IMG/VR virus record: IMGVR_UViG_2639762749_000010
Location: 1-64,000 of that record
Strand: one strand, 5' to 3'
DNA from: a virus
Lineage: Duplodnaviria; Caudoviricetes
Length of the DNA: 64,000 bases
The notes under the pieces were generated by a model, which was not told where the DNA came from, made no database searches, and saw only the letters and a list, made by a program, of their open reading frames with translations. Each line of letters starts with the position of its first letter. Positions within the stretch are counted from its first letter, which is position 1. A program made the translations under genes and the position numbers. Positions 47,952-57,800 of this stretch are shown one piece after another.

Positions 47952-48124
47952 GGAATTACGGAGCGGGTGATGTCCCAACACCCATTCTACGTATAGACAG
48001 TCACTGTCCATTATGGCCGTGGACTGATATTGCCAACAAATAATCTCATCGACAATGCGCTGGTGGAACAAGCACGGATGACCGGTGCTATTAACACGGC
48101 ACTATCAATGCGAAACACAATTCA
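47951..48124 (+). pseudogene. Degenerate copy of the 3' half of 46785..47354
   Basis: For example CTCATCGACAATG(A/C)GCTGGTGGA(G/A)CAAGCACGGATGAC occurs at about 47205 and 48045; indels are present. Confidence 0.85.
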
Positions 48125-48134
48125 CCTATACACA

Positions 48135-48410
48135 TTAGAATCCAAGAATATTTAATCGATTATTTAATTCACGAATACGGTCTGATTCAGTTCGGAACGG
48201 TGGACACAGATCGTTATTAGCTTGATCCAATACATACATGCCAAACCATGTAATGCTATAAATACCATGCCGGTGATAACAAACAACGCCCAGTTCCGCT
48301 AATCTGTGCATAATTTCACGGGAAACATCGTACCCTTCTCCATCATCCGACGTCGCTTTAAAACGCCGTAATGCCGCCAAATCCTCTGGTTGCAGGTAGT
48401 TGATACTCAT
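48135..48410 (-). CDS. Phage hypothetical protein
   Basis: Likely ATG at 48410; DL.AL.RF..T.DDGEGYDV......RLAELG.V motif. Confidence 0.6.
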   Translation of the reverse strand: MSINYLQPEDLAALRRFKATSDDGEGYDVSREIMHRLAELGVVCYHRHGIYSITWFGMYVLDQANNDLCPPFRTESDRIRELNNRLNILGF

Positions 48411-48414
48411 TCTT

Positions 48415-48678
48415 TTAGCTCTTCTGATATGACGCTGTAAATGTTGGGTTATATTCTTGCACGACCCTGAATACACCGAGAGATTTCCCCTCAGTAAATA
48501 CCACGATATCAATCGGCCAGTAAGCTCCCCATCCCTCATGATTATCATTATAATCTTTAGCGCACATCTCAGCTAGATGCTTAGGGGACAGGACATCCGG
48601 CTTATCATTTTTCAGAGCGTATCGATCTGTCAGGTCATCAAAATTATTTTTGCCTACTACTGCATATTCGATTGTCAT
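48415..48678 (-). CDS. Phage hypothetical protein
   Basis: Likely ATG at 48678; AE.CA.DY..NH.GW...WP...V..EY.P.F.A motif. Confidence 0.6.
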   Translation of the reverse strand: MTIEYAVVGKNNFDDLTDRYALKNDKPDVLSPKHLAEMCAKDYNDNHEGWGAYWPIDIVVFTEGKSLGVFRVVQEYNPTFTASYQKS

Positions 48679-48809
48679 TCTAACGTCCCAAATCACATAC
48701 CCAAATGAGTTATTAAATATTTTTATCTCTCTTAATACAAATCGTTTCCCCTGTGACGGCTTAAACGAATTCGGGTTATTTACGGGTTCTTCCACAGAAC
48801 CCGATTTAT

Positions 48810-49352
48810 CTAATCCACCCTCGCCACTTGATTTTCATTCGCATATGAAAACCAATAATAAGCTCTATTATCAGGCACTTTTTCCTTTTTCATCAAAACG
48901 TTTGCATTATCTTTTGATATGACGTAATACTTAATATATTTTTTTTCCTTTTTTCTAACATCAAAATTTAATACTAATGTTTTTTCGGAACCCGAAATAT
49001 CAATATAATGCTCAAGATAAACAAGTTTGTTGTCTTTAACAAAGATGATTTTTGAAAATATATCTAAATCCCCATCAATTTTTAAGTTGATGAAACTTTC
49101 AACAGCTTTACGTTCAAATCCATTATCTATTACATACATGTAATCCCACTCAAATGGTGTGATGCTTTTCATATTGACAATACATTCATCATTAACATGA
49201 CAATATTTATCAGTATAATCAAATATACCTTCAGCTATATTAACCTCCCTGCAACTGGACAAATAAAACACAGAGAAAAACATAATAAACAAAGTAACTA
49301 ATTGACTTTTTCGCCCTAGCAAATAACCGTCTGGGTTAAAAACTATCATCAT
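48810..49352 (-). CDS. Lipoprotein, putative immunity protein
   Basis: Hydrophobic signal with lipobox LSSC; FEWDYMYV and IIFVKDNKLV; directly downstream of the putative toxin. Confidence 0.65.
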   Translation of the reverse strand: MMIVFNPDGYLLGRKSQLVTLFIMFFSVFYLSSCREVNIAEGIFDYTDKYCHVNDECIVNMKSITPFEWDYMYVIDNGFERKAVESFINLKIDGDLDIFSKIIFVKDNKLVYLEHYIDISGSEKTLVLNFDVRKKEKKYIKYYVISKDNANVLMKKEKVPDNRAYYWFSYANENQVARVD

Positions 49353-49480
49353 CGCCTCTCTCTACGTTGCCCATTCATATAAAAAAGTCGGCTTTTTGTC
49401 GGCGGTAGTATCGCGCTTAATTGCATATCCATGACAACCGAAAAAGCCGAGCTTAAATTTACATTATTTTTAAGTCGTTA

Positions 49481-51049
49481 TCATTGATAATCGACAATGG
49501 GTTCTTTTCGCTTCCCAGCTGCTAACTGTTCGGGTGAAAAACCTTCATTATCACCTCTATCAAATTGACTCTTCATATAAGAAAATTGTTCATCTGAAAT
49601 TTTCTCTTTCACCACTGAAAATCCAGAGGCATTCTCTTTGGCAACGTAGAGACCTTCTTTATGAAAATGGTTTAATATTGCTTTAGCCTGCTCTTTCATT
49701 GACGTATTGGCGTTTGCCATTCCAATTTGGCGACCTGTTCGGTTATTCAGCATATCAATCGTTTCATCAGCATCTGCGGACGTTTTGAAATGGCGAACAC
49801 TCAAATCTAACGTGTCATATCGTTCATGTGCATCAGCCACACGAGAGGCTATTTCCTTACCGTATTTAGCGGTAATTGCAGATTGCCATAGTGTATGTCG
49901 AAAGGCATTAACCTGGCTACCCTCCCTGCGATCATTGTCCTGAAGTACTCCGTAAGGGTTTGTCTCACGCGATCCCTGCGTTGAAAAACGCAGTGCGCTA
50001 GTTGTCATATTCGTACTGCCTTGAGAAATCCCCCCTATATTGAAGACCTTGTCTAGGTTACTAACGGCAAACATGTATTGTTGTATGTCTCGCTGCAAAT
50101 TAGTTTTCTTTCCCGAGAAAAAATCATATTGGTTTTTAACAAGATCTTTATGGTCGCTATTGCTAAAGTCACTTTTAAGAAAATCTGTAGTTAACTTACC
50201 AATATTTTTTACATATGTACTCATTTGACCAAATTTATCGAACTCTTTGACAAGTTCATCTAGTACGAAAATATTTTTTAATGTTGGAGCCATATTGTTA
50301 TATAATTCTTTAATGGCTGAATTAAAATCCCTTTTACCCCATTGGGTACTCCTTCCAGTACCTTCCACACTACCCATATGGTGGTAAAAGTTATCATATT
50401 TTGATTTCCTGGATTCATTTCCATAAGCAAATATTTGTAATGTGGTTTGAGCATTAGATGATAAGCTCTTAAATGAACCTATTCTGTTATCTAGTAAATA
50501 TCTATCTTCAAAAAGCCCTTTTAGATTATCCATGGTTGAATAAAACCGCTTACCTTCAAGCATAGATAAATGGCTCATCACAACAGGCGCTGTAGAGTTA
50601 AACATATTTTTGATATTTAATAATGGTTGAGTAAAATGGTAATCACTCCTCATTAGCGCGAATGTCTCACCATTAGGCTTATTACGATATTTGTCCAGTA
50701 GTCCCAATGCCTTATTTATTTCCTTTTCTATAAAAGGACACTGTTTTCTTGAACAAACTGGACATATTCCCTCCTTTCCATTAGCTTGCCAAAGTTTAGC
50801 CATATCATGAGCGCTAATTCCTCCACCTGGTGTGTAAAGGGCACCATCCGTTAGAGTTTCACGCGGCTTCGCATAGGAACCATACCCAATACCAGGAAAA
50901 ATGTTAGGAGTAGATGGCATAAAACTAGATTTCAATCTGTTTAAAACGTCTCTCCCGCTGATTGTCGCCGGGATAATTTTAAGAATTCTCTTTCCATCCG
51001 CAGTATATGGAATACCATTTTCATAATATGCAATTAAATTATATGACAT
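49481..51049 (-). CDS. Putative polymorphic toxin with C-terminal DUF6973-like domain
   Basis: C-terminal NAFRHTLWQ...ADAHE...DETIDMLNNRTGR; low-GC N-terminal region. Confidence 0.65.
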   Translation of the reverse strand: MSYNLIAYYENGIPYTADGKRILKIIPATISGRDVLNRLKSSFMPSTPNIFPGIGYGSYAKPRETLTDGALYTPGGGISAHDMAKLWQANGKEGICPVCSRKQCPFIEKEINKALGLLDKYRNKPNGETFALMRSDYHFTQPLLNIKNMFNSTAPVVMSHLSMLEGKRFYSTMDNLKGLFEDRYLLDNRIGSFKSLSSNAQTTLQIFAYGNESRKSKYDNFYHHMGSVEGTGRSTQWGKRDFNSAIKELYNNMAPTLKNIFVLDELVKEFDKFGQMSTYVKNIGKLTTDFLKSDFSNSDHKDLVKNQYDFFSGKKTNLQRDIQQYMFAVSNLDKVFNIGGISQGSTNMTTSALRFSTQGSRETNPYGVLQDNDRREGSQVNAFRHTLWQSAITAKYGKEIASRVADAHERYDTLDLSVRHFKTSADADETIDMLNNRTGRQIGMANANTSMKEQAKAILNHFHKEGLYVAKENASGFSVVKEKISDEQFSYMKSQFDRGDNEGFSPEQLAAGKRKEPIVDYQ

Positions 51050-51231
51050 CTCTATATCCTTAACTTATTTATTTTCAAGATAAAATTAATCCCTTTATGA
51101 AAGGGGAAAAAAATTTACAGCAACTCTAATTTTAAAATCAATAAATAAAAATTATAAAAGCAAGTATGGAAATTATTTTTTGATAAATTTATTATTAATT
51201 TTAAAATATAAGAATTTCTTTTGGCAGTTCG

Positions 51232-51377
51232 TATCGTCGCCGCACTGGGAAGTACACCTTAGTTCTGAGTTCTGGTTACATCTCCAGGGTGCTTATGACC
51301 GGCGTCAGCTAGAAGACCAAGGGATCGTTTTATATGGTGAACATGATGATACGTTGCAGGCTACTTCAAATCATTAA
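51232..51377 (+). pseudogene. Relic of a HigA-type antitoxin C-terminus
   Basis: SSEFWLHLQGAYD is the typical HigA C-terminal motif, without the HTH. Confidence 0.45.
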
Positions 51378-51511
51378 TAAATACGGGCTGTTATAACCCG
51401 TTTTTAATTTTGAAACTCAATAGTCTCAATTTCGATTTTTGATACGGATATATGATATCTTAAGTTAATTAATACACACCAGCGCACTCGGAAACGAAAA
51501 GAGGTGTAGTT

Positions 51512-51853
51512 ATGGGGAAGGTACCTGGTTATTTCGTGGGTTATAGAAAGTTTGTCGTTGATCCAGACTGGCTTAGGGATATGAGAGAGAGGAATTGCCA
51601 GAAACGGCTTGAACGGTTCAAACAGTGGTCAAAGACGTGGATCACAGTAACGCGTCTCAAAGAGACAAGGCTTTGGACGGATTGGGCGATTAGGCAATGG
51701 CTAGGTCAACCGAAAAAACAAGGTAAATATAAAGTTTTTGCGGTCGCTGATGTCAAGGTAGCGGAGCGTAAAAAAGACTTTAAAGAATGGCATCAAAAAA
51801 GACTTGAAAAGAAGCAATCGACTGATAAATTTTTCGAACTTCCTAAATTATAA
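51512..51853 (+). CDS. Basic hypothetical protein
   Basis: GAGGT SD plus ATG; WIT...LKE.R.WTD..I..WLG.P pattern. Confidence 0.65.
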   Translation: MGKVPGYFVGYRKFVVDPDWLRDMRERNCQKRLERFKQWSKTWITVTRLKETRLWTDWAIRQWLGQPKKQGKYKVFAVADVKVAERKKDFKEWHQKRLEKKQSTDKFFELPKL

Positions 51854-52169
51854 AAGAAATTTAGTCTGACGGAATTTTCGGCGGTTCCGGCTTAGAACCA
51901 CTGATACACATTGTTATAAATTTCAGATGAACTTATCGAGGAAATGGGCGCAAAACCCCAATTCCAGCACAGTGCCAAAGGTTAAGTGGTTGGGATGCGT
52001 CCATTATTCTCCTATTCTCCTATTTTCCTCTTTTCAACAAATCTGGCAGATTGGCACACTTGATATTAGAGAATAAAATTCTAAACACTTTTTTATTTTT
52101 ATGTGCTCGTTTCTGGTGTTGGTAACTGCGATGCACTTCCTTGATTAATGGCTGAACGCTCATCCCTGG

Positions 52170-52379
52170 TCATATCTCTTCACTCCATTGTTTTTCTGTC
52201 ATTTTGCCCAAAAAACTCACACCAATAGTCGCTGAGTTAACGCGGATACCTAAACTCGTTTGCGCTTCCAGTAGCCTAAGATGTGTCATCCTTGGTGTCG
52301 CATGTTTTACGATCACCGATTGTGTCTCCAGTCCTGATTGACTGAATGAGACATTGAAGTAATAGAATTTCTTTGCCAT
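52170..52379 (-). CDS. Small phage hypothetical protein
   Basis: 69 aa ending VSFLGKMTEKQW. Confidence 0.55.
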   Translation of the reverse strand: MAKKFYYFNVSFSQSGLETQSVIVKHATPRMTHLRLLEAQTSLGIRVNSATIGVSFLGKMTEKQWSEEI

Positions 52380-52444
52380 TTTTAGAGTAAGATCCTAAAG
52401 TTACAATAGGACAAGAAGGTGGCCTTTCCCGAATATCTCATTTT

Positions 52445-52548
52445 TGTGGAGAATGCCAAGGCTGTTTGGCTAAAAACGGCGGTGAGACGCCATCAGCCCG
52501 TAAATCGATACGACGTCATGCAGGAGATCAGCGCCTGCCTCCACGCCA
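52445..52548 (+). ncRNA. sRNA-Xcc1-like tRNA-shaped RNA
   Basis: GTGGAG/CTCCAC closing stem followed by G-CCA; GCCAAGGCTGTTTGGC hairpin; GCAGG-AGATCAGCG-CCTGC hairpin. Confidence 0.6.
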
Positions 52549-52569
52549 TACTCAAAATACACCTTCCTG

Positions 52570-53154
52570 TTATGCACGGTATACCGCCCAATTTTCAGCC
52601 AGCTGATCCTGAACCGAAGGATTCCAAGGAATGGAAATGCCATCAGGCGCTATAAATAAAAACTCAGCCCGTTCATTTCTTTTTCGCTTATCACAGTGCA
52701 ATCTCACACGCCCACCCGCCCAATTCATACGATAGATACTGTAATCACGCTGGATCATGAGGCTCAACGCTGAAGGGTAATCCATCAATCGGATATCAGA
52801 GACATCAGCGCTGTTTGCAGCATCACTTTTCTCTGATTTAGCCTGTAATTTATCCGCAAAAATATTGTTGATGATTAATTTTTGTTCCTCAGAGAGATAA
52901 TGCGCATAATCAGACGTTGCCCTGTGGATCATCTTCCACAAATTTTTTATCCCACCTACAGCGTAATGAAGGTCGGCTTTATTGCTATTTGCACGCTTAT
53001 ATAAACTGATAGCCGTTACCTTTTTCCCTTCATTTTCAATATATAACTCAAGAAGGCAGACCATATAGTAAGCCACTTTCCACTTAGTTGAATCGCGCTT
53101 GATGGAAGGTTTATCCAATAACCATATATAAAATAGTTCTTTATTGAATTTCAT
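52570..53154 (-). CDS. mat: Mat-like protein with C-terminal DUF2829 (Tad2-like) domain
   Basis: IWLL...SIK.D.TKWK.AY N-terminus recalled from P1 Mat; C-terminal R..W.G...PWNPSVQDQLAENW. Confidence 0.7.
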   Translation of the reverse strand: MKFNKELFYIWLLDKPSIKRDSTKWKVAYYMVCLLELYIENEGKKVTAISLYKRANSNKADLHYAVGGIKNLWKMIHRATSDYAHYLSEEQKLIINNIFADKLQAKSEKSDAANSADVSDIRLMDYPSALSLMIQRDYSIYRMNWAGGRVRLHCDKRKRNERAEFLFIAPDGISIPWNPSVQDQLAENWAVYRA

Positions 53155-53157
53155 CGG

Positions 53158-53751
53158 TTACTCCTTCCACAAATGATCATTTTTATGGGCGGTAAATGAT
53201 GCCCCAGATTCCAGGCACCAGTATTGCGTCACCGCCTCTATTGCCTCGTGCTCATCATAGACAACAACACAGTAAAATCCCCCCTCAGATAACGTATTCA
53301 ACCATTGTTTTTGCACTTCAGACGGTTTATTGGCCCCATGTTTAAATTCAAGGCGCATACCGTGGTAATCCCCCTTAGCAGTATCTAACGAAACATCGGG
53401 ATACCCTTTTCTTTGTCCTTCTGCTCTAAGGTGTTCGCCTGTTTTTTTGTGGCGTAGCCCGCCGTTAGGCGTCGAATGCAGGCATTTGTAAATGTCGGGA
53501 GCATTCACCTCGCAATAATAAAAAAAGCGAACCTGAGCGTAATGTTCATGATTGCCTTTCAGCAACTCAGGATTCTTAGCTAACTTTTCCAAAGCGACAG
53601 CATGAGGGGAACGCGCTTTGTTATTGGGCTTGTCCCAACTTACAGGGGCGTTATTGGTGACGGACCTTTTACCCTTAGTGAGTTGCCCTTTCTTCTTCGT
53701 CCTTTCGCAGTAATCGCTATACCATTCTTCGGAAGCTCTCAGCATTCTCAC
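53158..53751 (-). CDS. VRR-NUC nuclease (PmgM-like)
   Basis: EH..Q, H.TPNGG.R, G.PD, LEFK and S..Q..W PD-(D/E)XK motifs. Confidence 0.85.
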   Translation of the reverse strand: MRMLRASEEWYSDYCERTKKKGQLTKGKRSVTNNAPVSWDKPNNKARSPHAVALEKLAKNPELLKGNHEHYAQVRFFYYCEVNAPDIYKCLHSTPNGGLRHKKTGEHLRAEGQRKGYPDVSLDTAKGDYHGMRLEFKHGANKPSEVQKQWLNTLSEGGFYCVVVYDEHEAIEAVTQYWCLESGASFTAHKNDHLWKE

Positions 53752-54024
53752 TCCAACAACATTATTTCAATTCTAATCAGTTTCTTACTTTTTAACGGTG
53801 AGGTGACATACCAGCCGAAAAGGACAGAAGTCGTGGATTTTATCGAGGGGATCACACTCCATGTTCTGCATAATCAATCGCCAAACCAAAAAAAAACCGC
53901 AAATCAAGCGGTATTATTCAACAACTTAAAATTTCAAAGAGATTGTTTTACATGATAACAACCTATCGCTCATGACCCGCCTGATGGCGGGTTTTTGAGT
54001 GGATTTAAAACCAACACTTCAAGG

Positions 54025-54076
54025 TAAATTCTAAATGCTTTTTTTCTAACTTTGAAGGTAAATTCTAAACATTTTT
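54025..54076 (+). promoter_or_regulatory. Tandem putative C1 operators
   Basis: TAAATTCTAAATGCTTTT (54025) and TAAATTCTAAACATTTTT (54059). Confidence 0.65.
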
Positions 54077-54111
54077 TTTTAAACTTCAATGAGAATATAG
54101 AAATATTTCAA

Positions 54112-54381
54112 TTAAATCATAGCGCTGAAATTTTCAGCATTCTTCTTTAAACGGTCGATATTGAAATCAATAATCTCATCCCATTCGGACATCCAGCATT
54201 CCCTTACCTGTCCAACTCTAACCCCATTAGAAGGTCGAACGATCCAGCACCAATTATTATGATGTTCCTTATCCTTGAGTTCGAATACTTGACGGGCGGA
54301 ATTAAACTTCAGCATATACCCTCGCTTCGCAGCAAGGTCCGTCAGTTCCCCAAGTTTGTAGTACTTTTTAGTGCCGTTCAC
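54112..54381 (-). CDS. lxc: Lxc-like C1 corepressor
   Basis: Synteny darB-ulx-lxc; VR.....EW..II motif. Confidence 0.65.
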   Translation of the reverse strand: MNGTKKYYKLGELTDLAAKRGYMLKFNSARQVFELKDKEHHNNWCWIVRPSNGVRVGQVRECWMSEWDEIIDFNIDRLKKNAENFSAMI

Positions 54382-54821
54382 AATGCCCCCCTCAGTTGGA
54401 TACGCGTTTCCATCTCTTCATCGTTGCTGAACCACAGATAAGGTTCAGTGTCATCAGACGCATCATGAATGTCAAAGGTATGGTCAGCGGAATAAACCAA
54501 GCCATTCTCAAATCGCTCATTTGAATAAAGGTGCGCGGCCACCACGATCAACGCCGGACGGCTCATGGTGTAAATAGCGGCAACATCCGCATCAACAAGG
54601 ACACCAAAAGCCCTCTCTCCTTGCTCAACAATCAGTGATTTCACGCTCGGCCACCATGCACCAAAAGAACGGTACAATCTCGGCTCGGTTTTCAGTCGGG
54701 TAATCAGATTCGTGATGTAGAATTCCACATACGCTTTTTCTGGCTTTGTTCCGATAGCTTCAGCGAGTATAGACTCCAAGTGAGCTTCTGGAGGCTGAAT
54801 AGTGTCAATTAATGTCGTCAT
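54378..54821 (-). CDS. ulx: Ulx-like antirestriction accessory protein
   Basis: PRLYRS.G.WWP..K.L and RPAL...AA.LYS.ERF.NG match P1 Ulx; likely ATG at 54821. Confidence 0.85.
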   Translation of the reverse strand: MTTLIDTIQPPEAHLESILAEAIGTKPEKAYVEFYITNLITRLKTEPRLYRSFGAWWPSVKSLIVEQGERAFGVLVDADVAAIYTMSRPALIVVAAHLYSNERFENGLVYSADHTFDIHDASDDTEPYLWFSNDEEMETRIQLRGAL

Positions 54822-54863
54822 CGATTTAAATGCGCCCCAAACAGGGCGCAACTCCAAGATTAA

Positions 54864-57800
54864 TTATTCATGTCTTTGAATAACAGCTAAAATTTTATCC
54901 AGCGGATGTTCTTTCGAGATAAGCCACCAGCTACCGGCCAACTCATCGCTCGGATTACGGCCATTATAATAGGTGGCGCTGAAATCCACTTTCAGTTCGT
55001 CTTTTGCCTCAAACAGCGCACCATCTTTGCCCCTGATATCGTTAAAGCAGTAACAGCCATCGGGTGCATAGTCATAACGGTTAGCCCCTTTACCGCCACG
55101 AATAGCGGTGATGTTGGTTTTTACAATAATATTATTTTCCAACTGAGCGATCCGCATTTTTTGGGTTTCTTGTTCTATCTGGGCTTTTTCGGCGTTGGCT
55201 TTATCCACCTCCTCCTGAGAAATCAGGCCCGCTTTTAGCTTGATTTCATCCCAGCGTCCGACGCCATAACGTAATTTCTTATAACCCTGATTAATCTCCG
55301 AAAACAATCCATCATGCCGCTGAACGTTCAAGAAATGCGATTCGGTAATGTCGTGTTCTTCAATAATGCCCAAAGCAACAGCATCGGCAAAAAGAGTAGC
55401 GAAATTCTTATCGTATCCAGCTGTATTTTCAAAATAATTGTCTTGGAAAGACCGGAAATTCGAAGTTGGGAATGCCTGCACTCGTTCGACAACCGAAGCC
55501 AGACTGGAGTTCAGGGACGATTTAAACACCCGATATTCTTTATGGGCTGCCGCTTTACCCTGCTTGGCGACGGCATCGTTGAGACGAGCCACAATCACCT
55601 GACATTGTTCAGCAAACTCCCTGTCAAAATCAACCGTATTCCGGTACTGGCTGGGGACAGAAAACGTCCGATAACCAAAAGCATTCTTAATAAAATGACT
55701 GGCATCATACTGTCCGGTTTCCAAAAAATGCCGTAATTGTGCCGACCCAGAGCCAGACATATTCTCTGACTCACTGCCGTAGTTGCTTAACTTATCCGAT
55801 ATGTATTCAGCAACCAGTTCAGTAATCAATGACGGGCTGGCCGTTTCACCGTAGCTGTCGATGGCCGTTCTATAATCCGTGCCAAACAAGGCGATTAGGA
55901 ATCCAATAGACGAAGCACGATAGGAACTCCCTCGGTAATGCTCTGCCACTTTCGATTTCAGTACCTCATCGTTGGCGTCGGGATAAACAATATTATCCGC
56001 ATTCTCTCTCAACCAGTTTGAAAGCATTCCATTCAATTTATGGGTGTCAAAGCTCCCCTCTGTTCTGTAAAACACATCATAATCTTTCAATACCAGATCG
56101 CCAGATTTGAGGTAAGCATAAAATTGCTGTCGGTTAAGACGTGAGGCGACATCGCTAATACTAACCCCGCCAAACATCCACGTTTTCAGCACCAGCTCAC
56201 TGTCAGAAAAGTCAGCTTCCGCCTCTAAAGACGTAACAAGCGTAGCCGCCGCATTTCTGAGTTGACCATTCTTATCATCACACCACAATTGATCGACCGT
56301 GGCGATACCGGTATCAATATTGATGGCCTTCACCCTGACCAAAAACTGGTCGAAGTAATAAGACCCCTCACGATAGGGCATCCGACAGTAATAAACCCGA
56401 CCCGTACGCAACAATCGCTTATCTTTGTCCACATAATACTCGGCGGCGTGCTCTAAAATATCCGGTTCCACATCCAGATAACCGGCGTCAATCGCGTGTT
56501 TAATCTCCGGGCGTAAGCGTTTGATTAAGTTTTCAGACTGACGCATACGCACCAGCAAACGCTCCTGTTTGGTGATCGCATCCGTATACTTTGCAATCTG
56601 TTCCCGCAACATTTTTTGCGCGTCTGGCGACTTCGCGTGTCCGTCTTCCAGACGGGCTTTGTTATCGTCAATTTTTGCCTGATAATCCTTGATGGTATCT
56701 TCCACTGACTGCGAATCGCCCTTACTGGCGTGTTTCGCCTTCAGATAATTAGTCAGGTCAATTTCCGCCCGCTGTTTGGCTTTGGCCTTTGCCAATGTTT
56801 CCGCTTTTTCGATCTGCTCACGGCGCACCCGTTCACGCTCTTCCGGATCGGCGGCTAACAGTAAACGCATTTCCTCCGCATTATTGGCATCGGCATTCGC
56901 CATAATTGCCTCATCCGACGTCAGAATATCTTTGATCCAGTTGGCTTTGCGTTTCAGCGTGTCAAGGCGAAACTCATCAAATGACCCTTGCCCACAATAA
57001 TAATACGCCTTAACGCTGGCACTACTGGAACCCACGCGCGCCCCGCGTCCGTTGCGCTGATTCAGTGAGGCCGGTGTCCAGGGCAATGTTAAGTGGTGCA
57101 TTGCGGTGGTGCCGATATGCAGGTTAATTCCCACTTCTGCCTTCTTATTACAAATGATGATCGGCGTTCGGCCTTCATTGTAATCGGCGGCGATCTTTTC
57201 TAACCCGCCCAGTGACACGTCGTTCTGCGCGGCCACATACTCATCAAAAGCGGCTTTCTGCTCATAATATTTATTCAGCTGGTCGGGTGTCGCGTCTTCT
57301 TTCGGCTCTGCCGGGCGTTTGACTTTCTTCAGCTTCTTCGTATTGGATTTGGCTGCCTGCGCTACCGTCGTGGCGTTCAGAATACCGATGTCCTCCCGTT
57401 TCATGCCCAACGCCTGGGCGATAATGCGGCGCAATTTTTCATGCTGGGTTTTTTCATCCGAAAAGATGATTTGCTTACCGCCCCCTACCATACTTTTTTT
57501 CAGGTTGGCAATTAATTTGGAGTATTTTGGCGGAATGGGATGTGTAATATCATCTTCGCTCAACCCAAACATACCCAAACGTTGAATGACTTCCTTTTCA
57601 TAGAGTTCAGAGACGACCAGAGCAACAAATTTCCCCTCTTCCCGCACAAGCGCCTCTGCGCTGGCGGTGACCGTTTCGTCATCGTCATCATCCGTATCCG
57701 TGACACTGAGGGGCAAATCATCCCGTAATGCGTTCACGGCGTTCAGATGCGATTTATCAAAACGGAAGGTGATTGTGCGATTATACAAATCCGGATCGGT

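Noticed and set aside
52495-52520. Similarity of the sRNA loop (TAAATCGATACGAC) to the ulx start region
   Set aside because: Same-sense, short and gapped; consistent with chance.
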